Source of the DNA: Atribacteria bacterium SCGC AAA255-G05
GTDB taxonomy: Bacteria > Atribacterota > Phoenicimicrobiia > Phoenicimicrobiales > Phoenicimicrobiaceae
Assembly (NCBI GenBank): GCA_000405605.1
Contig: ASPA01000005.1
Location: 1-44,406, forward strand
DNA: 44,406 nucleotides
Direction of reading: 5' to 3'
In this document: positions 36,292 through 44,406 of the stretch, piece after piece
How the letters are laid out: every line of letters begins with the position of its first letter
Numbering within the stretch: the stretch's first letter is position 1
Program-made: the position numbers and the translations under genes
The notes under the pieces: model-generated
Databases searched by the model: none
What the model saw: only the letters and a program-made list of their open reading frames with translations
What the model was told of the DNA's origin: nothing

Positions 36292-37521
36292 CTAAGTTTC
36301 ATTAGATTTTCTAATTATATACCAGGGTTTGACCGGTTTAGACATCTTTATTTTGATAATTTGCTTAGCATGGGGAGCAACTTCGATTTCTCCCCCCTCC
36401 TCATCCCACATTTTCTCGATTTTCTGGGTAAAAAAATCATCATCCGGACCAAATATTTCAATTTCATCTCCTACAAATATCCTGTTTTTCTGTTCTATGG
36501 TAGCTATCTGATTGTCTGTATTATAATCAAGTATCAATCCGGCAAAATCATAAGTCTTTATATAAGCGCTGCTATCATATCTTTGTTCCTCTCCACCTGG
36601 TTTGGCAAAGTAAAATCCGGTAGTAAAATATCTATGACTTACTTTTTTTATCTCATCTAACCATTTTTCAGCACCAAAATATTCCTTAGGTTTTGAAAAA
36701 TAACCATCAATAAGATGCCGATAAGCTTTGACCACGGTAGCCACATAATACGAACTCTTCATTCTCCCTTCAATCTTAAAAACGGAAATCCCTGCTTCTA
36801 TCAATAAAGGAAGGTGCTCTATCATACACAAGTCTTTGGAATTAAAAATATAAGTTCCTTTTTTATCCTCATATACCGGAAAATATTCCCCCGGTCTCGT
36901 CTCTTCCATGAGATAATATCTCCATCTGCAGGATTGTGCGCAATCTCCCCTGTTAGCATCCCGACCTACCATATAATTACTTAACAGACATCTGCCCGAA
37001 TAAGAGATACACATAGCTCCGTGCACGAATGTTTCAATTTTCATGTCAGGAGGAGATTTTTTTATTATCTCTTCTATCTCTTCTAGGGATAATTCGCGAG
37101 CCAGAATTATTCTTCTAATACCCTGCTCATACCAAAAATTAACTGCCGCATAATTAGTAGTGCTTGCCTGGGTACTTAAATGAACCTCCATCTCCGGGAT
37201 AATATTCTTAACTATCTTAAGTACTCCCGGATCTGAAATTATCAGGGCATCTAAATCCAGCTCCTTTAATTTAGCCACATATTCGGGCAATCCTATCAAA
37301 TCTTCGTTGTGAGGTATTATATTAAGAGTCAGGTAAACCCTCTTCCCTCTATCATGTGCAAACTTTATCCCCTCTGCTAATTGCTCCAAAGTAAAGTTTT
37401 TTGCTCCTGCCCTTAATCCAAAATTTTCGCCACCTAAATATACTGCATCAGCCCCATAAATAACCGCAATCTTTAATTTTTCTAAATTACCAGCCGGGGC
37501 CAATAACTCCGGTTTTTTCAT
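36292..37521 (-). CDS. Peptidase U32 family protein
   Basis: 409 aa. ELLAPAGNLEKLKIAVIYGADAVYLGG and the ETFVHGAMCISYSGRCLLS Cys motif. Confidence 0.9.
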   Translation of the reverse strand: MKKPELLAPAGNLEKLKIAVIYGADAVYLGGENFGLRAGAKNFTLEQLAEGIKFAHDRGKRVYLTLNIIPHNEDLIGLPEYVAKLKELDLDALIISDPGVLKIVKNIIPEMEVHLSTQASTTNYAAVNFWYEQGIRRIILARELSLEEIEEIIKKSPPDMKIETFVHGAMCISYSGRCLLSNYMVGRDANRGDCAQSCRWRYYLMEETRPGEYFPVYEDKKGTYIFNSKDLCMIEHLPLLIEAGISVFKIEGRMKSSYYVATVVKAYRHLIDGYFSKPKEYFGAEKWLDEIKKVSHRYFTTGFYFAKPGGEEQRYDSSAYIKTYDFAGLILDYNTDNQIATIEQKNRIFVGDEIEIFGPDDDFFTQKIEKMWDEEGGEIEVAPHAKQIIKIKMSKPVKPWYIIRKSNET

Positions 37522-37731
37522 CTTTTATCTCCTCTTAATTGAGTAATTTACTATTTATTTGTCATTTTACTTTTAAATTTATGAAAATATATTATAATGA
37601 TAACATAATTTAAAACAATTAACCTAATAGACCGGGAGAATATGGTATCAAGTATATAGTATCGAGTATCGAGTTAAGAAAGAGAAAGAAAAGATAGAAA
37701 AAAGTTTACACTAACCAGAGAAGGTGAAAAA

Positions 37732-38823
37732 ATGAAAGTAAAAAATCTTTTAAATAATTTAGATAATATTGCCCCTTTTTTCTTGCAAGAAAGTTTTGAT
37801 AACAGCGGCATTCAATTTGCTGACCTTAATGCCCCTGTAATAAATATTTTACTATCCTTAGATGTAACTCAAGGTGTTTTGGATGAGGCTTTAGAAAATA
37901 AGGCAAATTTAATTATTGCCCACCATCCCCTTCTCTTTTCTCCTTTAAAGCAAATTACTAAACAGAAGAATCCTTTGCTTTATCAAGCTATTACTCATAA
38001 AATAAATCTTGTAGCCTTTCATACCAATTTTGACTTAGCCGAAAAGGGATTAAACGATTATGTAGCCAATTTATTAGGAATAAAGAAAATTACTCCTCTG
38101 CAGAGCAGTTCAGAAAAAATATTTAAATTTGCAGTATATGTGCCTACACAATATGCTGATAAAGTTAGCCGGGCAATTTTTGAAGCAGGAGCGGGGAAGA
38201 TCGGCAGATACACTGAAACATCTTTTGGTGTTACCGGAAAAGGAACTTTTAAACCTATGGAAGGAACTAACCCTTTCATCGGGAAAATAGGAGAAAGAGA
38301 GGAAGTCCAGGAGATAAAAATTGAAATTGTGGTAGCAGAAAGAGATCTAGATTCAGTTGTACAGGCGATGAAAAGTGTACACCCCTATGAAGAACCGGCT
38401 TATGATATATATGAGCTTAAAACAAAACCATCGTATGGGATAGGTATATTCGGAGAGATAGATAGGGAAGTAGAAATTTCTAAATTCTCCCTGGAGGTAA
38501 AAAATAGACTTCAAGCTCACTATATCAGACTTATTAAATCTAATGAACAAAAGATAAAAAGAGTAGCCCTTTGCACGGGAGGAGGAGGTTCTCTTTTAGA
38601 ACAAGTTAATACTAAAGGCGCTGACTTATATATAACCGGAGACATCACTTATCATACTGCACTTAGAGCTAAAGAATTAGGATTGAATGTTTTGGATATT
38701 GAACATTTTGATACCGAAAAATTCTTTGTGGAAGCTCTTTATAATCAATTGATAAAACTTGGAATTTCAAAAGATATTTTAATCAAAAGTAAAAAAATGG
38801 AATCGCCGTATCAAATAATATAA
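37732..38823 (+). CDS. Nif3-like dinuclear metal centre protein (YqfO type with PII-like insert)
   Basis: 363 aa. IIAHHPLLF, AFHTNFD and ITGDITYH motifs. A central ~100-aa insert (KFAVYVP...HPYEEPAYDIYEL). Confidence 0.85.
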   Translation: MKVKNLLNNLDNIAPFFLQESFDNSGIQFADLNAPVINILLSLDVTQGVLDEALENKANLIIAHHPLLFSPLKQITKQKNPLLYQAITHKINLVAFHTNFDLAEKGLNDYVANLLGIKKITPLQSSSEKIFKFAVYVPTQYADKVSRAIFEAGAGKIGRYTETSFGVTGKGTFKPMEGTNPFIGKIGEREEVQEIKIEIVVAERDLDSVVQAMKSVHPYEEPAYDIYELKTKPSYGIGIFGEIDREVEISKFSLEVKNRLQAHYIRLIKSNEQKIKRVALCTGGGGSLLEQVNTKGADLYITGDITYHTALRAKELGLNVLDIEHFDTEKFFVEALYNQLIKLGISKDILIKSKKMESPYQII

Positions 38824-38868
38824 TGAGTGACGAGTAATGTGTAATTGAAGATTTAGCAATTCTATAAC

Positions 38869-38899
38869 AAATCCCCCTCCCCCTTGAGGGGGGAGGATT
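38869..38899. terminator. GC-rich hairpin between convergent genes
   Basis: CCCCCTCCCCC-ttga-GGGGGGAGG with flanking AAT/ATT. No clear U-run, so terminator function is uncertain. Confidence 0.35.
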
Positions 38900-38923
38900 A
38901 AAGTGGGGGTGAGATAATAACGG

Positions 38924-39310
38924 CTATTCGCCCTTCTCAATGATAATTTTTGCTCCAGAACTGACTTTTTTAAATACTTTAGGATCCCCTATTATCTTTC
39001 CGAAGATATTCACCGGGCTGGCTGGCCTGATTTCATCACCCTGACTTGCTGGAGTGAGTCCAAAGAAGATACAAAAAGCACTACCAGGCGGCCAATAACC
39101 TAAATCACCTTCTAAAACCACTGCTTTCGCCTTCTCCAATTCAACACTAACCGGTATGGAAAAATAAATCTCATCACCCCAGGTATTTACCCTGCCTTCA
39201 ATGGGAAGTGCTTCCCATATTTTTTGAGCGGTATTGCTATCATTTAAACCGACATCCACTTTAAGGTCTTCGGTTTTAATGGTAATCTTTTTAATAGCCA
39301 TTTTTATCAT
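38924..39310 (-). CDS. Cyclophilin-like fold protein (TM1367-like)
   Basis: 128 aa. GDLGYWPPGSAFCIFFG and PVNIFGKI resemble the Cyclophil_like family. Only 10 nt downstream of the transketolase gene. Confidence 0.6.
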   Translation of the reverse strand: MIKMAIKKITIKTEDLKVDVGLNDSNTAQKIWEALPIEGRVNTWGDEIYFSIPVSVELEKAKAVVLEGDLGYWPPGSAFCIFFGLTPASQGDEIRPASPVNIFGKIIGDPKVFKKVSSGAKIIIEKGE

Positions 39311-39320
39311 TCCTTTTTAT

Positions 39321-41345
39321 TTATTTCTTTTCGCTTAACGCTTTCGTCTTTTTTGCAATATGCTCGGCAGTAAGTTCAAAGGTCTTAAGCAGTTCCCATG
39401 GGGCACCGGATAAGCCAAACTGATCCTCTACGCCCATCATATCCAATAATAAGGGAGCGTTATACTTTTTACCGGCGGCAATCACGCCGGCAATGATGTT
39501 TCCGAATCCACCCTTTTGGTGTTCTTCCACGGTCATCACCAGTCCGATTTCTTCAGCAGCTTTAAGAATACTCTCTTTATCCAGGGGTTTGACCGTGTGA
39601 ATGTTTAGTATCCTGGTTTCAAGGTTATACTCTTTCTTTAAGATATAGGCTGCCCGCATGGCCTCTGCCACCATGGGCCCACAGGCAATAATGCAAACAT
39701 CTTCTTCTTCTGATTGGTAGTCAGATGCAAGCTTAGTGTCAAAGGCATCGACAAATTCTTCTTTTTCCCCTCTGAAACGAATAACGTTGGCTTTACCAAA
39801 TGCATAAGGTGTGTCCTCTTTGGTAACAATGGGGGTGGCTTCCCGGGCATATCTGATCACTGCAGGGCCATGAATTTTAGCTACAGCCAGGGTTCCTTTT
39901 TCTGTCTCCAGAGAATCACTGGGAACAATGAGGTGCATGTTGGGTAAATAATACATATTACTGATTTCTTCCAAAGCCTGATGGGTTGCACCATCTTGAC
40001 CTACTGATAAACCGGCATGGGCGTTGGCAATTTTCACATTATAATTATTATAACAAACGGTGGTCCTGATCTGGTCCCAATTCCTACCGGTAACAAAGAC
40101 TCCGTATGAACCGATAAAGGCAGTTTTACCTTCTTTGGCAAATCCAGAAGCCACTGAGGTCATGTTCTGTTCGGCAATACCCATTTGGAAAAACCGCTCT
40201 TTTCTTTCCGTATGATTTTCATAAAATTGATTCATGCAGATTGAATTGGTAATGTCGGCACCTAATGCTACCACCGATTTCGATTCACCTAATTTCTCAA
40301 GGGCATTCCCGAATCCTTTTCGGGTTGGCACCATTTTCACCTTCATGGTTTCTGCTTTATTCCACCAGTAATCCCGGCTGAATCTAGGCATCGCTTTATC
40401 AACCTTCTGATCGACTTCTTCCTGATATGTACAGGCCTTTTGAAGTAGGGCATCTACTTTTTTCTCATCAAAATTTTTAGCATTAATATCCTGTATGGCT
40501 TTTTCTAATGATTCTGCTCCTTTTCGCCCATCCTTGGGGGGTGCACCATGATAACCGACTACATTTTCAGCATAGGATACTCCTTTTCCCTTTATCGTAT
40601 GGGCAATAATGACTATGGGTTTACCTTTTAGGGTTTTTGCCTTCTCGAAGGACTTTAGAATCTCTCTCATATCATTGCCATCAATCTCTAGGGTATGCCA
40701 GCCAAATGATTGCCATTTGGAAAGCAAAGATTCTAATTGCATAACTTCTTCGGTCGGTCCGTCAATCTGCAGATTATTTCTATCCACTATAGCTATCAGG
40801 TTATCTAATTTGTAATGAGCGGCTGACATCACACTTTCCCATATTGAACCTTCATCTAACTCACCATCCCCTAAAATACAAAAAGTCCTATAGTCTTTTT
40901 TCTCTAACCTGGCATTTAAGGCACAGCCGACAGCAACCCCCAAACCCTGTCCCAATGAGCCACTTGACATTTCTAATCCCGTTAATTTAAAGCGGTTGGG
41001 ATGTCCTTCAAAACCGGACCATAGTTTTCTTAATTTGACCATTTCATCAATGGAAAAATAACCCGCCTCGCCCAGGGCAACATAGATAGCCGGCGCCTTA
41101 TGCCCCACTGACCAAAAAACTCTGTCCCGATTTTCCCAGTCAGGATTCGCCGGATCATGGTTTATCTCATTTAAGTATAGGGCTGCGGTTACATCCATAA
41201 TGGATAAAGTACCTCCGGTATGTCCGGAACCGGCAGCAGTAATGGCTGTCATGCTATAAGCTCTCATCTCTTTTGCTTTTTCAATTAATTCTTCAATTGT
41301 ATAATCTTTTTTTACTTTTCCGGTTTTGGAATCTATAATTGGCAT
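39321..41345 (-). CDS. Transketolase-family protein, single chain (N- and C-terminal modules fused, with a long linker)
   Basis: 674 aa. TPP motifs SGHTGGTLS, GSLGQGLGVAVG, GDGELDEGSIWE. Pyrimidine-binding and C-terminal modules (MGIAEQNM, GATHQALEEIS). Confidence 0.85.
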   Translation of the reverse strand: MPIIDSKTGKVKKDYTIEELIEKAKEMRAYSMTAITAAGSGHTGGTLSIMDVTAALYLNEINHDPANPDWENRDRVFWSVGHKAPAIYVALGEAGYFSIDEMVKLRKLWSGFEGHPNRFKLTGLEMSSGSLGQGLGVAVGCALNARLEKKDYRTFCILGDGELDEGSIWESVMSAAHYKLDNLIAIVDRNNLQIDGPTEEVMQLESLLSKWQSFGWHTLEIDGNDMREILKSFEKAKTLKGKPIVIIAHTIKGKGVSYAENVVGYHGAPPKDGRKGAESLEKAIQDINAKNFDEKKVDALLQKACTYQEEVDQKVDKAMPRFSRDYWWNKAETMKVKMVPTRKGFGNALEKLGESKSVVALGADITNSICMNQFYENHTERKERFFQMGIAEQNMTSVASGFAKEGKTAFIGSYGVFVTGRNWDQIRTTVCYNNYNVKIANAHAGLSVGQDGATHQALEEISNMYYLPNMHLIVPSDSLETEKGTLAVAKIHGPAVIRYAREATPIVTKEDTPYAFGKANVIRFRGEKEEFVDAFDTKLASDYQSEEEDVCIIACGPMVAEAMRAAYILKKEYNLETRILNIHTVKPLDKESILKAAEEIGLVMTVEEHQKGGFGNIIAGVIAAGKKYNAPLLLDMMGVEDQFGLSGAPWELLKTFELTAEHIAKKTKALSEKK

Positions 41346-41380
41346 TAAATACCCCTCCTATTATTTATATATATTTTTCC

Positions 41381-41495
41381 TTAAACTCTTGCCCACGCCT
41401 CTTTTAGCACCCTCTTGGCGTTAGCTATAACTACTTCTGATGTCTACCAGCCAATGGCTTTACCTCAAAGCTTACGATGAGTGGATTCTAATGAT
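41381..41495 (-). pseudogene. Frameshifted relic of a paralog of the gene ending at 255
   Basis: The - strand reads ..SFEVKPLAG / frameshift / SEVVIANAKRVLKEAWARV-stop. Compare SFEVKPLADESSEVVIANAKRVLREAWVRV-stop at 160-255. Long identical nucleotide runs (gtaagctttgaggtaaa, ccattggctg, gtagttatagctaa). Confidence 0.6.
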
Positions 41496-41687
41496 TTAAG
41501 AAATCAATATTTGATAATACTTTTAAAAAAACTATTAATCCTTTTACTTATTTCCTCTTCTCTCTGATGGTTTGAGGATATCAGGCAATTAATATTCTTG
41601 CTATGGTTATGATTCTTTAATGCAAGGAGATTTTCCATATATTTTCTATTCAAAATTTAGAAAGTAAAAAATTGTCTTTTTAATATA

Positions 41688-42623
41688 TTATTTTCTAGAA
41701 AAAAGAAGCTTAGATTTTGCAACAATATTCTCTGCGCATAATCCATATTTATTCAAGAGTTGCTCATAATCTCCCGATTCACAAAAGACATCTTGTATAC
41801 CAACTATTTCCATCGGAACGGGATAATTACGAACAATAACTTCAGCAACGGATGAACCCAGGCCACCATATATACTATGTTCTTCTACTGTTACAATGGC
41901 CCCAGTTTCTCTTGCACATTTTATAATTAATTCAGTGTCAATCGGTTTGATTGTATGGATATTAACAACTCTAGCATTGATGCCCTCATTTTTCAGGAGC
42001 TTTGCAGCATCTAAAGCTTTGTGAACCATATAACCTGTGGCGATAATTGTAAGATCTGAACCATCCACTAAGATATTTCCTTTTCCAAACTTAAATTTAT
42101 AGTTATTATCATATATATAAGGTACCTCTGCTCTACTAAGACGAATATATACTGGTCCATCTATATTAAGACAAGTTTCGATACTTTTTTCAGTTTCTAT
42201 TGGATCGGATACAGAAATAATAGACATGTTTGGAATGGCTCTCATGAATGCAATATCAATAAGAGAATGGTGACTTGCACCATCGTACGAATCTGAAAGA
42301 CCAGAATAAGCACCCGCTATTTTAACATTAAGATTTGAATAAGCTATCAGGCTACGAATAGGATCACCAGCACGAAGAACCATAAAGGCAGCAAAAGTAT
42401 TAATAAATGGAATCTTACCCGTAGTTGCCAAACCAGCTGCCATACCAGCCATATTTGCCTCAGAAATACCAACATCAAAAAATCTTTCAGGATATTTTTT
42501 TCCAAAAAGACAACTTTTAGTAGAATTTGCAACGTCCGAATCTAAAACTACAATCCTTTCATTTTTCTCACCTATTCGAACCAAAGCTTCTCCATATGCC
42601 TGTCTTATCTGTTTTGTTTTCAT
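41688..42623 (-). CDS. Transketolase, C-terminal (pyrimidine-binding) subunit of a split enzyme
   Basis: 311 aa. GISEANMAGMAAGLA and GASHHSLIDIAFMRAIPN. The start lies 2 nt after the N-terminal subunit gene. Confidence 0.9.
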   Translation of the reverse strand: MKTKQIRQAYGEALVRIGEKNERIVVLDSDVANSTKSCLFGKKYPERFFDVGISEANMAGMAAGLATTGKIPFINTFAAFMVLRAGDPIRSLIAYSNLNVKIAGAYSGLSDSYDGASHHSLIDIAFMRAIPNMSIISVSDPIETEKSIETCLNIDGPVYIRLSRAEVPYIYDNNYKFKFGKGNILVDGSDLTIIATGYMVHKALDAAKLLKNEGINARVVNIHTIKPIDTELIIKCARETGAIVTVEEHSIYGGLGSSVAEVIVRNYPVPMEIVGIQDVFCESGDYEQLLNKYGLCAENIVAKSKLLFSRK

Positions 42624-42625
42624 AA

Positions 42626-43459
42626 TTAATTCCCTCCACTCAATTCTTTCATTGCAATATTAAAATGTTCATCGTCAATAGGCTTACCATGCCAAATATT
42701 CTTTCCTTCCATAAACGATATTCCTTTTCCCTTAACTGTCTCTGCAATAATAATTGTTGGTTTAACTTTTACTTGTTTTGCTTCTTTCAGTGCACTTGAA
42801 ATATCTCTGATATTATGACCATTCGTCTCTATCACTTTCCAACCAAAAGACTCCCATTTGGCATTTATATTTCCTAATGGCATAATTTCATCAATTGTCC
42901 CATCCAACTGCACTTTATTATGATCAAGTATAACAATAAGATTCTCTAATTTATATTTTGAAGCTGCCATGGCGGCTTCCCAAATAATTCCTTCTTGTGT
43001 TTCTCCATCTCCGATTAGAACATATACATTGTATTTCTTTTTATCTAGTTTACCAGCTAAAGCCATACCAACTGCAGCAGAAACTCCAAGCCCTAAGGGA
43101 CCTGTTGAAAGATCAACGCCCGGTGTAGTTTTTGCACACGGATGCCCTTGAAGCATGTGGTTGAGTTGCCGAAGATTGCAAAGTTCACGCATATCAAAGT
43201 ACCCTTTCTCTGCTAAATTTAAATAAAGCATAGGAGCTGCATGTCCTTTGCTAAGAATAAATCTATCTCTATCGGGATCATTAGGATTTTTTGGATTAAC
43301 ATTCAGTTCGCAGAAATATAATGTTGTAATTATTTCTGTCGCTGATAAAGACCCCCCTGGATGCCCTGATCCAACTGCATGAAGGCACTCAATGAGTTCT
43401 TTGCGAAATTTTTTACATAAATCTATTAATTTTGCCTCTTGCGCATTAGATAAAATCAT
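42626..43459 (-). CDS. Transketolase, N-terminal (TPP-binding) subunit of a split enzyme
   Basis: 277 aa. SGHPGGSLS, GPLGLGVSAAVG, GDGETQEGIIWEA, LDHNKVQLDG. Confidence 0.9.
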   Translation of the reverse strand: MILSNAQEAKLIDLCKKFRKELIECLHAVGSGHPGGSLSATEIITTLYFCELNVNPKNPNDPDRDRFILSKGHAAPMLYLNLAEKGYFDMRELCNLRQLNHMLQGHPCAKTTPGVDLSTGPLGLGVSAAVGMALAGKLDKKKYNVYVLIGDGETQEGIIWEAAMAASKYKLENLIVILDHNKVQLDGTIDEIMPLGNINAKWESFGWKVIETNGHNIRDISSALKEAKQVKVKPTIIIAETVKGKGISFMEGKNIWHGKPIDDEHFNIAMKELSGGN

Positions 43460-43738
43460 TAAAATACTCCTTTTTTAGTTTGAATAATATAGTTAGTAAA
43501 TAGTTCGGAAATTGTTTTTTGAAAATATATAGGTAAAGTTTCTGCATTACCCGGAAAATTTGTTTCAATTACTTCTTTTTTCTAACTGCTCTCCGAAGAT
43601 ATTTATTGATTAACCTCATAGAATCTAGAGCGAATAAATCACTCATTGGATTCGATTTTTTGCCTTTTCTGTAAGTTCCACTATTAATTTCTCTGTATGA
43701 AAATTCATTTTAATTCTCCCCTTTGAGGAATTTTATTT

Positions 43739-44406
43739 CTATTTGAGCTTATCAATCCTGAACATAATATCTCCTCCATGAGTAACTACTCCTATCTTTA
43801 ACTCTTCACATTTTTGTTTTAAAACATAATTTAAAGCACTATTAATCTGATTAAAAACTTTAAAACCAATTTTAGATGCCTCATTAGGATCAATTCCTTC
43901 ACTAACCAGAATTACTTTTATACGCTGACGAGTGACATCCATAGCCAAGTAAGTAGCCAGTGCGACCTTATCTTTGATCTTTCCTTCTTTGAACCGTTTT
44001 TTAGCTTCTTGAGGGGAGCAAGTCCCCAAACTTATAAAATCTGGGTGATCAGGAGCAATTCCTTCGGGATCAGGACATAAAAGAATAAGTGTACCCCTAT
44101 CTTTTACAGCCATACCACAGTTATTTAACGCTTTTATTGATTGCCAGAAATCTCTATCTGCTGGATGACTACTTGCTATAATAATATCCTGTTGCTCTGC
44201 AATATTAAAGCAATAAATCCCTTCTGCAAATTTAACTCCCTCTTTATGGGCCAATTCAAAATCCCCAGCTACTACTTTTACTATCTCGCCTCGCTTATTT
44301 AATACAGTATTAACTATCATAGTAAGTTCAGAAGCCCGAGCGATGACATTCATCTGTTTTCGCACTATATTATCTAAATTTCCTATAATATTATATACGT
44401 TCTCCC
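43739..44406 (-). CDS. LarA-like racemase-family gene, 3' portion; frame open to the window edge (5' end outside window)
   Basis: The frame continues through the repeat (..RKQMNVIARASELTMIVNTVLNKRGEIVKVVAGDFELAHKEGVKFA) straight into the family-typical C-terminal domain (EGIYCFNIAEQQDIIIASSHPADRDFWQSIKAL...). Here the gene looks intact. Confidence 0.85.
   Translation of the reverse strand, partial: ENVYNIIGNLDNIVRKQMNVIARASELTMIVNTVLNKRGEIVKVVAGDFELAHKEGVKFAEGIYCFNIAEQQDIIIASSHPADRDFWQSIKALNNCGMAVKDRGTLILLCPDPEGIAPDHPDFISLGTCSPQEAKKRFKEGKIKDKVALATYLAMDVTRQRIKVILVSEGIDPNEASKIGFKVFNQINSALNYVLKQKCEELKIGVVTHGGDIMFRIDKLK
44225..44406 (-). repeat. Right copy of the perfect inverted repeat (partner 5318-5499)
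   Basis: Reverse complement identical to 5318-5499 at all 182 positions I could compare. Runs into the window end. Confidence 0.95.

Noticed and set aside
43460-43738. Two tiny - strand ORFs (21 and 25 aa) in the larA-tktN spacer
   Set aside because: Too short, no RBS, no similarity I can recognise.
1-44406. Prophage, IS element or integron content
   Set aside because: No integrase, transposase, phage structural, attC-like or terminal-inverted-repeat signatures were recognisable anywhere in the window.

Overview
AT-rich bacterial window (about one-third GC by eye) with the gene content of a transporter-rich anaerobe. I saw no rRNA, tRNA, CRISPR array, integrase or transposase.

Left arm (1-5499, + strand): a sugar-isomerase-like gene tail, an Asp/Glu-racemase-family gene, a DctPQM TRAP transporter and the 5' two-thirds of a larA-like gene.

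From 5500 to about 30850 nearly everything is on the - strand. In coordinate order: a 3'-truncated URO-D-family methyltransferase, a second DctPQM, a decayed DapA-family pseudogene, an FSA/transaldolase-like aldolase, an Fe-ADH and a GntR/HutC regulator. Next comes a corrinoid methyl-transfer/C1 block: MetH-activation-like protein, RACo-type activase, Fhs, methyl-THF:corrinoid methyltransferase, EtfA, EtfB, a divergent MTHFR-like protein, a corrinoid protein and a non-pyrrolysine MttB-family methyltransferase. This block lies directly downstream of DUF1850, MmgE/PrpD, a TAXI-TRAP receptor plus fused permease, and a PocR-AraC regulator.

31.0-32.5 kb holds an SSS symporter. It is followed by a 2.9-kb, mostly non-coding island.

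Right arm: family-4 UDG, U32 peptidase, Nif3, a cyclophilin-like protein, a fused transketolase, a split transketolase and the 3' part of a larA-like gene.

Best candidates for something undescribed:
1. An MTHFR-like gene fused into an operon with a bifurcating-type EtfAB, inside the methyl-transfer cluster (18680-21327).
2. The 32.5-35.35 kb island. It has an array of palindromic hairpins and a leaderless wHTH-GHKL ATPase-STAS gene with three iteron-like repeats over its promoter. That gene is bracketed by a ~460-nt structured-RNA-like element and an internally deleted ~150-nt paralog.
3. A perfect inverted duplication of at least 182 bp (5318-5499 versus 44225-44406). Its inner end truncates two genes at one base. 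It is either a real inverted duplication bracketing 38.7 kb or a fold-back assembly chimera.

All family calls rest on motif and pattern recognition by eye. No searches were run.
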